Assembly (NCBI GenBank): GCA_965195285.1
Contig: CBDAFS010000055.1
Location: 1-64,000, forward strand
From: an uncultured Aminicenantes bacterium
GTDB lineage: Bacteria; Acidobacteriota; Aminicenantia; UBA2199
Length of the DNA stretch: 64,000 bases
Direction of reading: 5' to 3'
Shown: piece by piece, positions 1 through 9,590 of the stretch
How positions within the stretch are numbered: the stretch's first letter is position 1
How the letters are laid out: each line of letters opens with the position of its first letter
Notes under the pieces: generated by a model
Database searches by the model: none
What the model was told of the DNA's origin: nothing
Seen by the model: the letters and a program-made list of their open reading frames with translations, nothing else
Program-made: the position numbers and the translations under genes

Positions 1-699
1 TGCTACTTCAGCTATGACCCAAGATTAAAAAAAGTAGCTGTTGCCACAGCCAATATACTCAACTCGGCAGGAATAAATTTCGGGATATTGGGTTCCAAGG
101 AGAATTGCTGTGGAGAAAGCATCCGCAAGACGGGTGATGAGGAATTATTTAAACGCCTGGCCAGGGAAAACATTAAAACTTTTATCGAAAATGGAGTGAA
201 GAAAATCCTTGTTTCTTCCCCTCACTGCTACCATACTTTTAAAAACGAGTACTCCGAATTTATGGTGGACTTTGAGGTGATTCATATCTCCCAATATTTA
301 TTCGAGCTTATCATTGAGGGAAGGCTCGAACTCACCAAGGAGTACGGGAAGAAAATTACTTATCATGACCCATGTTACCTGGGTCGACATAATGGCATAT
401 ATGACGAGCCCAGGGAAACCTTAAAGAAGATACCTGGTTTAGAACTGATCGAGATGCCTGATTCGATGGAAGATAGTCTGTGTTGCGGAGGGGGGGGAGG
501 CAGGATCTGGATGGAAACTCCGAAGGGGGAAAGATTCTCCGACCTCAGATTAGAACAAGCTGTCGGTATCGGGGCTGAGGTGCTGGTTACTTCCTGCCCA
601 TATTGCATCGCCAATTTTGAGGATAGCAGATTGAACCGGGAAGATAGTGAAGTCATAGAGATTAAAGACATCACGGAAATTGTCCGGGAAGTGATTTAG
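1..699 (+). CDS. CCG-domain (Fe-S)-binding protein, HdrD/BamD-like; 5' truncated by the window edge
   Basis: Frame is open from base 1 (CYFSYDPRLKK...). Two CCG motifs (ENCCGE, SLCCGGGGG), plus YHDPCYLGRH and TSCPYC. Confidence 0.85.
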   Translation, partial: CYFSYDPRLKKVAVATANILNSAGINFGILGSKENCCGESIRKTGDEELFKRLARENIKTFIENGVKKILVSSPHCYHTFKNEYSEFMVDFEVIHISQYLFELIIEGRLELTKEYGKKITYHDPCYLGRHNGIYDEPRETLKKIPGLELIEMPDSMEDSLCCGGGGGRIWMETPKGERFSDLRLEQAVGIGAEVLVTSCPYCIANFEDSRLNREDSEVIEIKDITEIVREVI

Positions 700-732
700 G
701 GAACCGAAGAAACGGAATGAGGACATAGAGAA

Positions 733-3700
733 TTGGAAAAAGAAGCAGTTGAAGGACAGTTAATAGACAATCCCGCCGATAGTAATTTTGGAGATGTAAT
801 GGTTGTCGGTGGAGGGATCAGCGGTATTCAAGCCGCTCTAGATCTTGCCACTTCAGGTTATAAGGTTTTTCTGGTTGAGAAATCACCGACCATTGGCGGC
901 AAGATGGCCCAGCTTGATAAGACCTTTCCCACTAATGACTGCTCCATGTGCATTGAATCTCCCAAGTTTATTGAATGTGACAGACATCCCAATATAGAGA
1001 TCCTGACTTATACTGAAGTTGACAGTGTAGAAGGGGAAGCAGGAGACTTTAAGGTAACCCTGGTTAAAAAGCCCAGATACATTATAGAGGACAAATGCAC
1101 CGGTTGTACTGTCTGTGTAGAGTATTGCCCGGTTTTGATCCCTGATCCATTTAATCAGAATTTATCGTCGAATAAAGCCATCCATATATACTTCTCTCAA
1201 GCAGTTCCCCTAGTCACTTATATAGATGAAAACTGCCTTTACCTTACAGACAAGAAATGTACTATTTGCCAAGGAGTCTGTAAGAATGATGCCATAGATC
1301 TTCATCAAGAGGCGGAGAAGAAAGAAGTAAAAGTTGGAGCGATTGTTCTGTCTCCGGGCTATGAGGTGTTTGACCCTAAGTTGAGAGGCGACTATGGCTA
1401 CGGAAAGATGGAGAACATGGTAACCAGTCTTGACTTTGAACGGCTGTTATGTGCCACCGGGCCACACGAAGGCGAGATATTGCGCCCTTCAGATAAAAAG
1501 CATCCACATAAAATAGCCTGGATTCACTGTGTCGGTTCCAGACAGGTTATCGAGGGTGGCAACAGCTATTGTTCCTCGGTATGCTGTTCCTATATCCAGA
1601 AGCAGGTGATTCTGACAAAAGACCATGATGCCGAGACACAGGCTACCATATTCCATAACGATATTCGGTCCTTTGGCAAGGATTTCGAACGATTCTACCA
1701 AAGAGCAGAGAGCTTTCCCGGGGTTCGATTTATAAGAAGCTACATATCAATAGGAAAAGAGATTCCGGAGACAAAAAATATAACCATAAAATACTCTACA
1801 ACCGATGATGGAATAAAGGAGGAAGAATTCGATCTGGTGGTATTAGGTGTTGGATTGAACCCTCCTGCTAATGTGAACGGCCTGGCAAATCAGTTCGGCA
1901 TTGAGCTCAATTCTCACGGATTCTGTAAAACCAACCCTGTTAATCCTATGGAGACCACTCGTCCGGGAATTTTTGTAAGCGGAGCCTTCCAGGGCCCTAT
2001 AGATATCCCTGAGTCGGTTGTGACCGCCAGCGGGGCTGAAGCCCTTTGTGGTGAACTCCTTGAGTACCGGCGAGGGAAGCTGGCCAAAGAAAGGATATAT
2101 CCGCCGGAAAGAGATGTTTCGGAAGAGAAGACCAGAGTGGGTGTCTTTGTGTGTCATTGCGGCGCTAATATCGGAAGAGTGATAGATGTTCCTTCCGTCG
2201 TTGACTATGCGTTAACCTTAGACAATGTTGTTCATGCTGAAGAAGGCCTCTTTGTATGTTCTACCGATGCCGCCGAGCAAATATCAAACACGATCCGGGA
2301 AAAAGGGATCAATCGCGTGGTTGTCGCCGCCTGCACTCCCAGGACACATGAGCCGCTATTCAGGGACACGCTTCGGGAAGGGGGAATAAATCAATATTTC
2401 TTCGACATGGCTAATATCAGGGAACATTGCTCCTGGGTCCACTCTAAACAAAAGGAAGAAGCCACGGCAAAGGCAAAGGATATAGTCCGAATGTCAATCG
2501 CCCGAACTATCAATCTGGAGCCCTTACAGGAATTTGATCTGCCCGTCAACAAGACGGGGTTAGTGGTCGGAGGGGGCCTGGCCGGGATGACCAGTGCCCT
2601 GAGCTTAGCCAACCAGGGATTTGAGGTCCACCTGGTGGAAAAGGATACAGACCTGGGGGGAATAGCGCGAAGAATTCATTACACCCTGGAAGGACTGGAT
2701 GTTCAGGTATATTTGAGTGATCTTATCCACACAATCTACCGGCACCCCTTAATTCATGTATCACATGATGCAACTATCACAGATGTGTCAGGCTATGTCG
2801 GGGATTTCGTAACCACGGTGAAATCTGAAGGAAGGATCAAAAAGATACGCCATGGCACCGCCATCCTCGCTACGGGTGCTGACGAATATAAACCCGTCGA
2901 ATACCTTTACGGGGAAGATGACAGGGTATTGACCCAGCTCGAATTGGAAGAGCAAATCACTAAAGGAGAAGAAAGACTGATTAACTCCCGGAGTCTGGTA
3001 ATGATCCAATGTGTCGGTTGCAGACAGGAAGATAGAAATTACTGCGCCCGCATATGTTGTAGCCAGGCTATAAAGAACGCCTTGAAACTAAAAGAGATAA
3101 ACCCCGAAATGGACATCTACATTCTGTTTCGGGATATGAGAACCTATGGGTTCAGAGAAGATTATTACCGTGAGGCTGCGGATAAAGAAGTAAAGTTCAT
3201 CCGCTGGGAACCGGATGACAAACCCCGGGTAGAAACTGCCACCGAGGGAGACAAGCCTATTTTACGGGTAACCGTATCTGATCCTATTTTAGCTCAGAGG
3301 CTTGCTATAGATGCCGATTTACTGGTGCTATCAGCCGCCGTTATTCCCTCGGCAGGAAGTCAGGAAATAGCCCGTTTATTTAAAGTACCTTTGAGCCCGG
3401 ATGGTTTCTTCCAGGAAGCCCATGTAAAATTAAGGCCTGTCGACTTTGCCGCAGAGGGCGTTTTCCTGTGTGGGACAGCGCACTATCCCAAGCATATATC
3501 TGAAACGATTAGCCAGGCGTATGGAGCTGCTGGCCGGGCCGTAACTATTCTCTCACAGGATTCAGTCACAGCCTCCGGCTCTGTGTGCGAGGTAAATGAG
3601 AGTGATTGCGTATCGTGTGGGGCATGTATTACAGCTTGTACCTATGGTGCCATAGAGTTTCGTGATACACCAAAAGGCAAAAAGGCCTGGGTTAATCCTA

Positions 3701-3837
3701 TTCTCTGTAAAGGAGATGGTCTCTGTAACGCAAAGTGTCCGACAAATGCCATTATTCTGAAGCACTTTACCGATGAAGCGATCTTTTGCCAAATTGACGC
3801 GGCAGCACCAGACTTGGTAACATTTACACATGAATAA
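733..3837 (+). CDS. hdrA: Large heterodisulfide reductase subunit A family flavoprotein (BamE-like, duplicated HdrA)
   Basis: Two FAD-binding GGG motifs (GGGISG, GGGLAG), LDKTFPTNDC, CVGSR/CVGCR, CSSVCC, HCGANIG and ferredoxin motifs. TTG start; 1034 aa. Confidence 0.9.
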   Translation: MEKEAVEGQLIDNPADSNFGDVMVVGGGISGIQAALDLATSGYKVFLVEKSPTIGGKMAQLDKTFPTNDCSMCIESPKFIECDRHPNIEILTYTEVDSVEGEAGDFKVTLVKKPRYIIEDKCTGCTVCVEYCPVLIPDPFNQNLSSNKAIHIYFSQAVPLVTYIDENCLYLTDKKCTICQGVCKNDAIDLHQEAEKKEVKVGAIVLSPGYEVFDPKLRGDYGYGKMENMVTSLDFERLLCATGPHEGEILRPSDKKHPHKIAWIHCVGSRQVIEGGNSYCSSVCCSYIQKQVILTKDHDAETQATIFHNDIRSFGKDFERFYQRAESFPGVRFIRSYISIGKEIPETKNITIKYSTTDDGIKEEEFDLVVLGVGLNPPANVNGLANQFGIELNSHGFCKTNPVNPMETTRPGIFVSGAFQGPIDIPESVVTASGAEALCGELLEYRRGKLAKERIYPPERDVSEEKTRVGVFVCHCGANIGRVIDVPSVVDYALTLDNVVHAEEGLFVCSTDAAEQISNTIREKGINRVVVAACTPRTHEPLFRDTLREGGINQYFFDMANIREHCSWVHSKQKEEATAKAKDIVRMSIARTINLEPLQEFDLPVNKTGLVVGGGLAGMTSALSLANQGFEVHLVEKDTDLGGIARRIHYTLEGLDVQVYLSDLIHTIYRHPLIHVSHDATITDVSGYVGDFVTTVKSEGRIKKIRHGTAILATGADEYKPVEYLYGEDDRVLTQLELEEQITKGEERLINSRSLVMIQCVGCRQEDRNYCARICCSQAIKNALKLKEINPEMDIYILFRDMRTYGFREDYYREAADKEVKFIRWEPDDKPRVETATEGDKPILRVTVSDPILAQRLAIDADLLVLSAAVIPSAGSQEIARLFKVPLSPDGFFQEAHVKLRPVDFAAEGVFLCGTAHYPKHISETISQAYGAAGRAVTILSQDSVTASGSVCEVNESDCVSCGACITACTYGAIEFRDTPKGKKAWVNPILCKGDGLCNAKCPTNAIILKHFTDEAIFCQIDAAAPDLVTFTHE

Positions 3838-3867
3838 AACATGGTTACTGACGAAGAAGGTAAGAGA

Positions 3868-4635
3868 ATGAGTAAGGAGCTTACGTTTAAACCAAGGATT
3901 TTGGGATTTTTATGCAATTGGTGTTGCTACGCAGGAGCGGACCTTGCTGGAGTTTCTCGGTATCAATACCCTCCTAATATAAGGGTAATAAGGCTGATGT
4001 GCTCCGGCAGGGTAGATCCGGCATTTATACTCCGGGCTTTCTTGAACGGAACAGACGGGGTGTTTATCGGCGGTTGCTGGCTTGGAGAATGCCATTATAT
4101 TACTGAAGGAAATCACGATGCATTAAGCATGATGCATCTATATAGAAAATTACTGGAGCACATAGGAGTAAACCCGGAAAGGTTAAGGCTTGAATGGGTA
4201 TCTGCCTCTGAAGGAATCCGTTTCGCCGACATCATGACTAACTTTACCGAGAAACTGAAAGAGTTGGGACCTCTTGGCAAAGGCGAAGGAATAGACAAGA
4301 ACGGATTAAAGCTCAAACTCGAAGCCGTTAATAAATTGATCCCCTACATTAAGCTGGTGGAGAGGGAGAAGTTGAGAGTACGTTTTGATACAGAAGAAGA
4401 ATATAACGAATTTTTCGCCAGTGACGAGGTAAACAGGTTATTTACTGAATTAATTGGCGATAAATTGGCAATAAGCCAAATTATATTACTCCTGGGGAAA
4501 AGCCCCCTTTCAACCGGAGAAATCTCTGATATTGTGGGCCTAAACCCATCTGAAGTATCGAGGCATATGAACCGTTCAGCAAAGCAAGGATTGGTCAAGT
4601 ACGATGCAAACCGCAATTGCTATGCTCTCGCCTGA
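3868..4635 (+). CDS. mvhD: MvhD/FlpD-type [2Fe-2S] subunit (BamF-like) with C-terminal winged-helix extension
   Basis: CNWCCYAGAD, RLMCSGRVD, GGCWLGECHY. The C-terminus LSTGEISDIVGLNPSEVSRHM is HTH-like. Alternative ATG at 3841. Confidence 0.85.
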   Translation: MSKELTFKPRILGFLCNWCCYAGADLAGVSRYQYPPNIRVIRLMCSGRVDPAFILRAFLNGTDGVFIGGCWLGECHYITEGNHDALSMMHLYRKLLEHIGVNPERLRLEWVSASEGIRFADIMTNFTEKLKELGPLGKGEGIDKNGLKLKLEAVNKLIPYIKLVEREKLRVRFDTEEEYNEFFASDEVNRLFTELIGDKLAISQIILLLGKSPLSTGEISDIVGLNPSEVSRHMNRSAKQGLVKYDANRNCYALA

Positions 4636-4681
4636 GGTGAAAGAGCAGGCAGTGGATCAGGAGAAGTATTAGAAGAAGACT

Positions 4682-5134
4682 ATGAATAGCGACAAAATCG
4701 ATCAGATTATTGATAAACATCAGGGCGAAGCCAGTTCGCTCATTCAAGTATTACTGGAGATCCAGAGCGAAAAGCATTGGCTCCCCAAGGAAGCATTAGA
4801 GAGGGTCAGCGAAAAATTACAGGTTCCTTTAACCCGGATCCGGCATATCGCTACCTTTTATAAAGCCTTTAGTTTGATACCTAAAGGACGTCATCAAATT
4901 CACATTTGTATGGGTACCGCCTGTCATGTTCGTGGCGCCACGCGTATCCTCGACACGGTGCAGGACCTGACTGGAATTAAACCTGGTGAAACAGACCTGG
5001 ATTTGAAGTTCAGCCTGGAAACGGTTAACTGCCTCGGCTGCTGTGCTTTAGGACCGGTTATGGAAATCAATGGGAAGACTCACGGTAAGCTGTCAACAGC
5101 CGAAACAACAGACGTATTAAAAAGCTATGAATAG
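4682..5134 (+). CDS. nuoE: NuoE/HydC-like [2Fe-2S] subunit (BamG-like)
   Basis: ATFYKAF, CMGTACHVRG, NCLGCCALGP. Confidence 0.9.
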   Translation: MNSDKIDQIIDKHQGEASSLIQVLLEIQSEKHWLPKEALERVSEKLQVPLTRIRHIATFYKAFSLIPKGRHQIHICMGTACHVRGATRILDTVQDLTGIKPGETDLDLKFSLETVNCLGCCALGPVMEINGKTHGKLSTAETTDVLKSYE

Positions 5135-5143
5135 GATGAAAAA

Positions 5144-7072
5144 ATGCCGCGGATAAATTCACCAGCTGAACTGGAAAAATTCAGGCAGGACATCTTATCC
5201 AAAAGAGATCCAAACACGCCATGTATTTCAATATGTGCCGGTGCCGGTTGTCTTGCCTCAGGTGCAAGTGAAGTCATGGCCGCCTTTAAAGCAGAAATTG
5301 AAAAACAGGGTTTAACGACTGATGTGGATACCAAAGGAGCCGGGTGCCCCGGATTTTGTGAGAGAGGACCCGTGGTGGTTATTTATCCCGAGGAGACATG
5401 CTATCTCCAGGTAACACCTAAAGACGTCCCCGAGATTATCTCACAGACCATAAAGGAGAAAAAGGTTGTTGACCGTCTACTCTATGTTGATCCAACCACA
5501 GGCGAAAAGGCAACCCATGAATCCGATATCCCTTTTTATCAGAATCAAAAACGAAACATCATCTGTAATAACATTAAGATTGATTCTAAGAGCATCGATG
5601 ACTATCTGGCTATCAATGGTTATTCTGCATTAACCAAAGTCCTTTCCCGGATGACCTCCGAGGAAGTAGTGGAGGAAGTCAAGAATTCCAACCTGAGGGG
5701 AAGGGGTGGCGGCGGCTTTCCTGCAGGGAGAAAGTGGGAAGGATCCCGAAATGCCCCTGAAAAAATAAAATATGTGATTGTCAACGCCGATGAGGGTGAC
5801 CCCGGGGCATTTATGGATAGAGCTCTCCTTGAAGGAAACCCTCATTCAATCCTCGAGGGATTGATCATCGGAGGCTATGCCATCGGCTCCCACGAGGGCT
5901 ATATCTACGTTCGACAGGAATATCCCCTGGCAGTAGAGAATATCACCCTCGCCGTTAAGCAGGCTGAGGCGTATGGATTTCTAGGGGAAAATATCCTTGG
6001 TTCAGGCTTTAATTTTTTTGTTAAAGTGCACCAGGGGGCCGGCGCGTTTGTCTGTGGTGAATCGACTGCTCTGATGACGGCATTGGAAGGCAGGGTCGGA
6101 GAGCCCAGGCCGAAGTATATCCGCTCCAACATCAGGGGCCTTTGGAATAAACCCACCGTGCTGAATAATGTTGAGACATGGGCAAATATTCCACTGATCA
6201 TCAATAAAGGCGCTGACTGGTTTAATCAAATTGGAACTGATAGAAGCAAGGGCACGAAGATTTTCTCCCTGGTCGGTAAGATAACCAATACCGGCCTCGT
6301 GGAAGTCCCCATGGGCATGACCCTGAAAGATATCATCTATAAGATAGGCGGTGGAATCCCTGGAGGAAAGAAGTTCAAAGCCGTGCAGACCGGGGGACCG
6401 TCCGGAGGATGTATCCCCGAGGAACTGTTAGACTTGAAGGTTGATTTTGATGAACTCACCAAGGCCGGTTCAATGATGGGGTCTGGTGGGATGATCGTCA
6501 TGGATGAAGATACCTGCATGGTTGATGTCGCCAGGTACTTTATTCACTTCCTCACCGATGAATCGTGCGGTAAATGTCTCCCCTGCCGTGAAGGCCTGAG
6601 GCAGATGGACAAGATTCTCATAAATATCACCGAAGGAAAGGGAAAAGAGGGCGACATCGAGCTTTTGGAAACGTTAGCCGAGACAGCCATTGAAGCCTCA
6701 CTGTGTGCCCTGGGTAAGAGTGCCCCTAATCCGTTTCTAAGTACCATACGCTATTTCAGAGATGAGTATGAGGCGCATATCAGGGAGAAACGATGCCCGG
6801 CATTGTCCTGTAAGGAGCTGATCTCGTATTATATTGACCCGGACAAGTGCCAGGCCTGTATGATTTGTCTTAATAAGTGCCCTGTTGAGGCGATCGACGG
6901 GGGCAAAAAAAAGATCCATATAGTTAACCAGGAAAAATGTACAAATTGCGGAACTTGCTTTGAAGTTTGCCCCCCCCGCTTTAATGCGGTAAAGAAGATT
7001 TCCGGCGAGCCTGTTCCGTCTCCTATCCCTGATGAAAAAAGAATTATAATCAAAAAGAGCAAAGAAAAATGA
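5144..7072 (+). CDS. nuoF: NuoF/HydB-like NADH- and FMN-binding subunit (BamH-like)
   Basis: N-terminal thioredoxin-like 2Fe-2S domain, RGRGGGGFP, NADEGDPGAFMD, GGPSGGC, ESCGKCLPCREG, C-terminal 2x[4Fe-4S]. Confidence 0.92.
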   Translation: MPRINSPAELEKFRQDILSKRDPNTPCISICAGAGCLASGASEVMAAFKAEIEKQGLTTDVDTKGAGCPGFCERGPVVVIYPEETCYLQVTPKDVPEIISQTIKEKKVVDRLLYVDPTTGEKATHESDIPFYQNQKRNIICNNIKIDSKSIDDYLAINGYSALTKVLSRMTSEEVVEEVKNSNLRGRGGGGFPAGRKWEGSRNAPEKIKYVIVNADEGDPGAFMDRALLEGNPHSILEGLIIGGYAIGSHEGYIYVRQEYPLAVENITLAVKQAEAYGFLGENILGSGFNFFVKVHQGAGAFVCGESTALMTALEGRVGEPRPKYIRSNIRGLWNKPTVLNNVETWANIPLIINKGADWFNQIGTDRSKGTKIFSLVGKITNTGLVEVPMGMTLKDIIYKIGGGIPGGKKFKAVQTGGPSGGCIPEELLDLKVDFDELTKAGSMMGSGGMIVMDEDTCMVDVARYFIHFLTDESCGKCLPCREGLRQMDKILINITEGKGKEGDIELLETLAETAIEASLCALGKSAPNPFLSTIRYFRDEYEAHIREKRCPALSCKELISYYIDPDKCQACMICLNKCPVEAIDGGKKKIHIVNQEKCTNCGTCFEVCPPRFNAVKKISGEPVPSPIPDEKRIIIKKSKEK

Positions 7073-7683
7073 GTAAAATCCGTTTGCAGATTGATGAAAA
7101 AGAGGTTACCGCAAGTGAAGGAATGACCATCCTGGAGGCAGCCCAAAGTGCAGGGATATTTATCCCCACACTCTGTCACCACGAAAAATTGGACCCTTTT
7201 GGGGGTTGCCGAATTTGCATCGTAGAAGTAGAAGTTCGCGGTCGGACAAAGCTCGTTGTTTCCTGTGTTTACCTGGTAGAAGAAAATTTGATAGTCAGAA
7301 CCAGATCTGAGAAAGTAGATAGGATTCGCAAAACCCTTTTGGAGATGTTGTTAGCTCATGCCCCGGATTCCCCCCTCTTGCAGGATTTGGCTGTGGAGTA
7401 TGGAGCAGACAAAGACCGTTTTGAAAAAGAGGCCTCATTTTGCATTCATTGTGGGTTATGCGTCAGATACTGTGCCGAAGTGAAAAAGAAGAACGCTATT
7501 GGGTTTGTTGGCCGAGGGATAAATAAAGAGATCAGTTTTATTCCCGAAATAGCCGCTAAGGAGTGCAATAGCTGCAAGGAATGTTTTCCGCTCTGCCCGA
7601 CATCGTATCTCCAGGCAGCTTTCGTTTTAACCGAAGCCCTCTCATTCCCCTTAGCTTCTTCCGAACCCTTGTCAGAGGAATAG
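7069..7683 (+). CDS. NuoG N-terminal-like 2Fe-2S/4Fe-4S protein (BamI-like)
   Basis: PTLCHH, GCRICIVE, SC, CIHCGLCVRYC, CNSCKECFPLCP. ATGA overlap with the nuoF-like gene. No H-cluster or Mo-binding domain. Confidence 0.85.
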   Translation: MSKIRLQIDEKEVTASEGMTILEAAQSAGIFIPTLCHHEKLDPFGGCRICIVEVEVRGRTKLVVSCVYLVEENLIVRTRSEKVDRIRKTLLEMLLAHAPDSPLLQDLAVEYGADKDRFEKEASFCIHCGLCVRYCAEVKKKNAIGFVGRGINKEISFIPEIAAKECNSCKECFPLCPTSYLQAAFVLTEALSFPLASSEPLSEE

Positions 7684-7700
7684 ATAAGGAACAGTAACCA

Positions 7701-8513
7701 TTGAGTGTACAAATGAATACCAAATCTTTTCAAGCGCTTCGAAGTAAAAAAGGGGTTTATGAGACCAGTTCTCTCGAATTTATCGGAGAGGAACCCCTTT
7801 TGATTCGAATCGAAGATAAGCCGTATTCGGTGGTGATGAGAACACCCGGGGAAGAGTTATTTCACGCAGCAGGGTTCTGTCTTGGGGAGGGGATTGCGGA
7901 CTCTCCGGATGATTTCAAGACCATAGGATATGATGAATATCTGGATCCAAATGCTATTGATATCTGGCTCAAACCCAAAAGGCGTAAAAAGATTCAGGAC
8001 CTTCTTGAGAGGAGGGGTTTTGTCAGCCAAACCAGTTGTGGCATTTGCGGTAAGGAGATGATCAAGGACCTTCATCAGATAATAACTCCGGCAGAAAACG
8101 GATTCGAGGTTAAAATTGACTTTATCTTTGATTGCATTAACAAGCTTTCCGAAAACCAGAACTACTATCAGACAACCAGAGGCTCACATGCTGCACTCAT
8201 ATTCGGCGATCAACTGGAAGTGATCTCTTTTGCAGAGGATGTTGGTCGGCATAATGCGCTTGATAAGGCAATCGGGAAAGCCTTTATGGACAGGAAACTG
8301 TTAAAAGCCAGCCTCCTGGTTCTATCTTCAAGGATAAGTTATGAGTTGGTTCAAAAAGCGGCCAGGGCCCACCTGCCGATGATAATAAGTGAATCAAGGC
8401 CAACTGCTCTTGCCGTCGAAATGGGGAAGGCCCTTAACATGACACTCGCCTTCTCTGATGATGAGTCTGAATTAATAATAGTTTGCGGCGAAAACCGCAT
8501 CAAGAGAGAATAA
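7701..8513 (+). CDS. fdhD: Formate dehydrogenase accessory sulfurtransferase FdhD
   Basis: MRTPG, TSCGICG, EDVGRHNALDKAIG, SSRISYELVQK. Confidence 0.92.
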   Translation: MSVQMNTKSFQALRSKKGVYETSSLEFIGEEPLLIRIEDKPYSVVMRTPGEELFHAAGFCLGEGIADSPDDFKTIGYDEYLDPNAIDIWLKPKRRKKIQDLLERRGFVSQTSCGICGKEMIKDLHQIITPAENGFEVKIDFIFDCINKLSENQNYYQTTRGSHAALIFGDQLEVISFAEDVGRHNALDKAIGKAFMDRKLLKASLLVLSSRISYELVQKAARAHLPMIISESRPTALAVEMGKALNMTLAFSDDESELIIVCGENRIKRE

Positions 8514-8523
8514 ATGGACATCC

Positions 8524-8811
8524 ATGAAAATTCAGGTTGATTTTCTCAGTTTGCCCACAGTGACCAAAATAATCGGTAATAAATCAATCGCTTTCGAGCT
8601 CAGCGGCCACAGTATCCAGGACCTGGTCCGGGAAATATCCGATAAATACGGCCAGGAAATCAAACAATTTCTACTGGATGAATCCGGCCAGCTGGATACG
8701 GTCTTCAAGGTACAGCTAAACAAACAGCAATGGATACCGCGGGACCGTCTGGACACATCCCTCCAGGCCGGCGATCAGGTAACCTTCATGATGCTTGTGG
8801 GCGGCGGTTAA
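8524..8811 (+). CDS. MoaD/ThiS family ubiquitin-like sulfur carrier
   Basis: 95 aa, beta-grasp size, ends LQAGDQVTFMMLVGGG. Confidence 0.85.
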   Translation: MKIQVDFLSLPTVTKIIGNKSIAFELSGHSIQDLVREISDKYGQEIKQFLLDESGQLDTVFKVQLNKQQWIPRDRLDTSLQAGDQVTFMMLVGGG

Positions 8812-8816
8812 GTGAA

Positions 8817-9179
8817 TTGATAAAAAAAACTCTTTTTATAACCTTGGGGAGTATTTTCATTTGTCTGGCATTTCTGGGTATTTTTCTTCCTCTTTTGCCT
8901 ACCACTCCATTCTTATTGCTGGCTGCATTTTTTTACTTAAGAAGTTCGGACAAATTATATCACTGGCTACTGAATCATAAAATCTTCGGAAAATATTTAC
9001 AAAATTATCTGAATAACCGGGCAATTCCAGTAAAGGTAAAAGTTTTCACTTTAATCCTGCTATGGGTAACGATATTGTCGACAGCACTGTTTTTTGTCGA
9101 CGCCTTCATTATTAAATTATTGTTGATAACAATCGCAATCGCCGTTACCGTCCATATTTTATGGTTTAAAACAGGTTAA
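8817..9179 (+). CDS. YbaN/DUF454 family membrane protein
   Basis: GIFLPLLPTTPFLLLAA...RSS...WLLNHKIFG signature. Start reassigned to TTG 8817, just after the moaD-like stop. Confidence 0.85.
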   Translation: MIKKTLFITLGSIFICLAFLGIFLPLLPTTPFLLLAAFFYLRSSDKLYHWLLNHKIFGKYLQNYLNNRAIPVKVKVFTLILLWVTILSTALFFVDAFIIKLLLITIAIAVTVHILWFKTG

Positions 9180-9326
9180 TAAACTGAAAAGGAACAGGAG
9201 GGCAAAAAATGAGATTGAAACAAAATATCACATATGATATAAACTATTTTGATTGTTCACAACCTAACACTTGTAATTATTCTATATATAAACAAAAAAG
9301 AATCTTTGGTTTGAAAGGAGGCGATC

Positions 9327-9590
9327 ATGTCCATCGACGATAAAGACATATCCAGCGCGGAAAGCCTTAGGAAAACCCGGACCTATGGAAAAGTCAGGTG
9401 TCATAATCCCAGCTGCATGGGAAGAATGCAACCCAAACCCGGAGACAAAACAGTCAAATGTCCGGAATGCAGTATGGAATATCGGGTGGCCTGGATCAAG
9501 CCGGATTTTCCCCGGATCAGAGGGCCTGTCTGGGATGTAAACAAGAAACTGGCCCAGGATGTTTCTGAAAAAAGAGGAGAGCCGAAATGA
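9327..9590 (+). CDS. Small zinc-ribbon protein, first gene of the AOR operon
   Basis: Strong SD (AAAGGAGG), CHNPSC...CPEC motif, ATGA overlap with aor. Confidence 0.75.
   Translation: MSIDDKDISSAESLRKTRTYGKVRCHNPSCMGRMQPKPGDKTVKCPECSMEYRVAWIKPDFPRIRGPVWDVNKKLAQDVSEKRGEPK

Noticed and set aside
3925-3950. Vestigial SECIS hairpin after the Cys codon of the mvhD-like gene
   Set aside because: The stem is short, explainable by the coding sequence, and there is no UGA.
4682-7683. Respiratory complex I or bifurcating [FeFe]-hydrogenase
   Set aside because: No membrane nuo genes are present, and the 204-aa subunit has no H-cluster domain.
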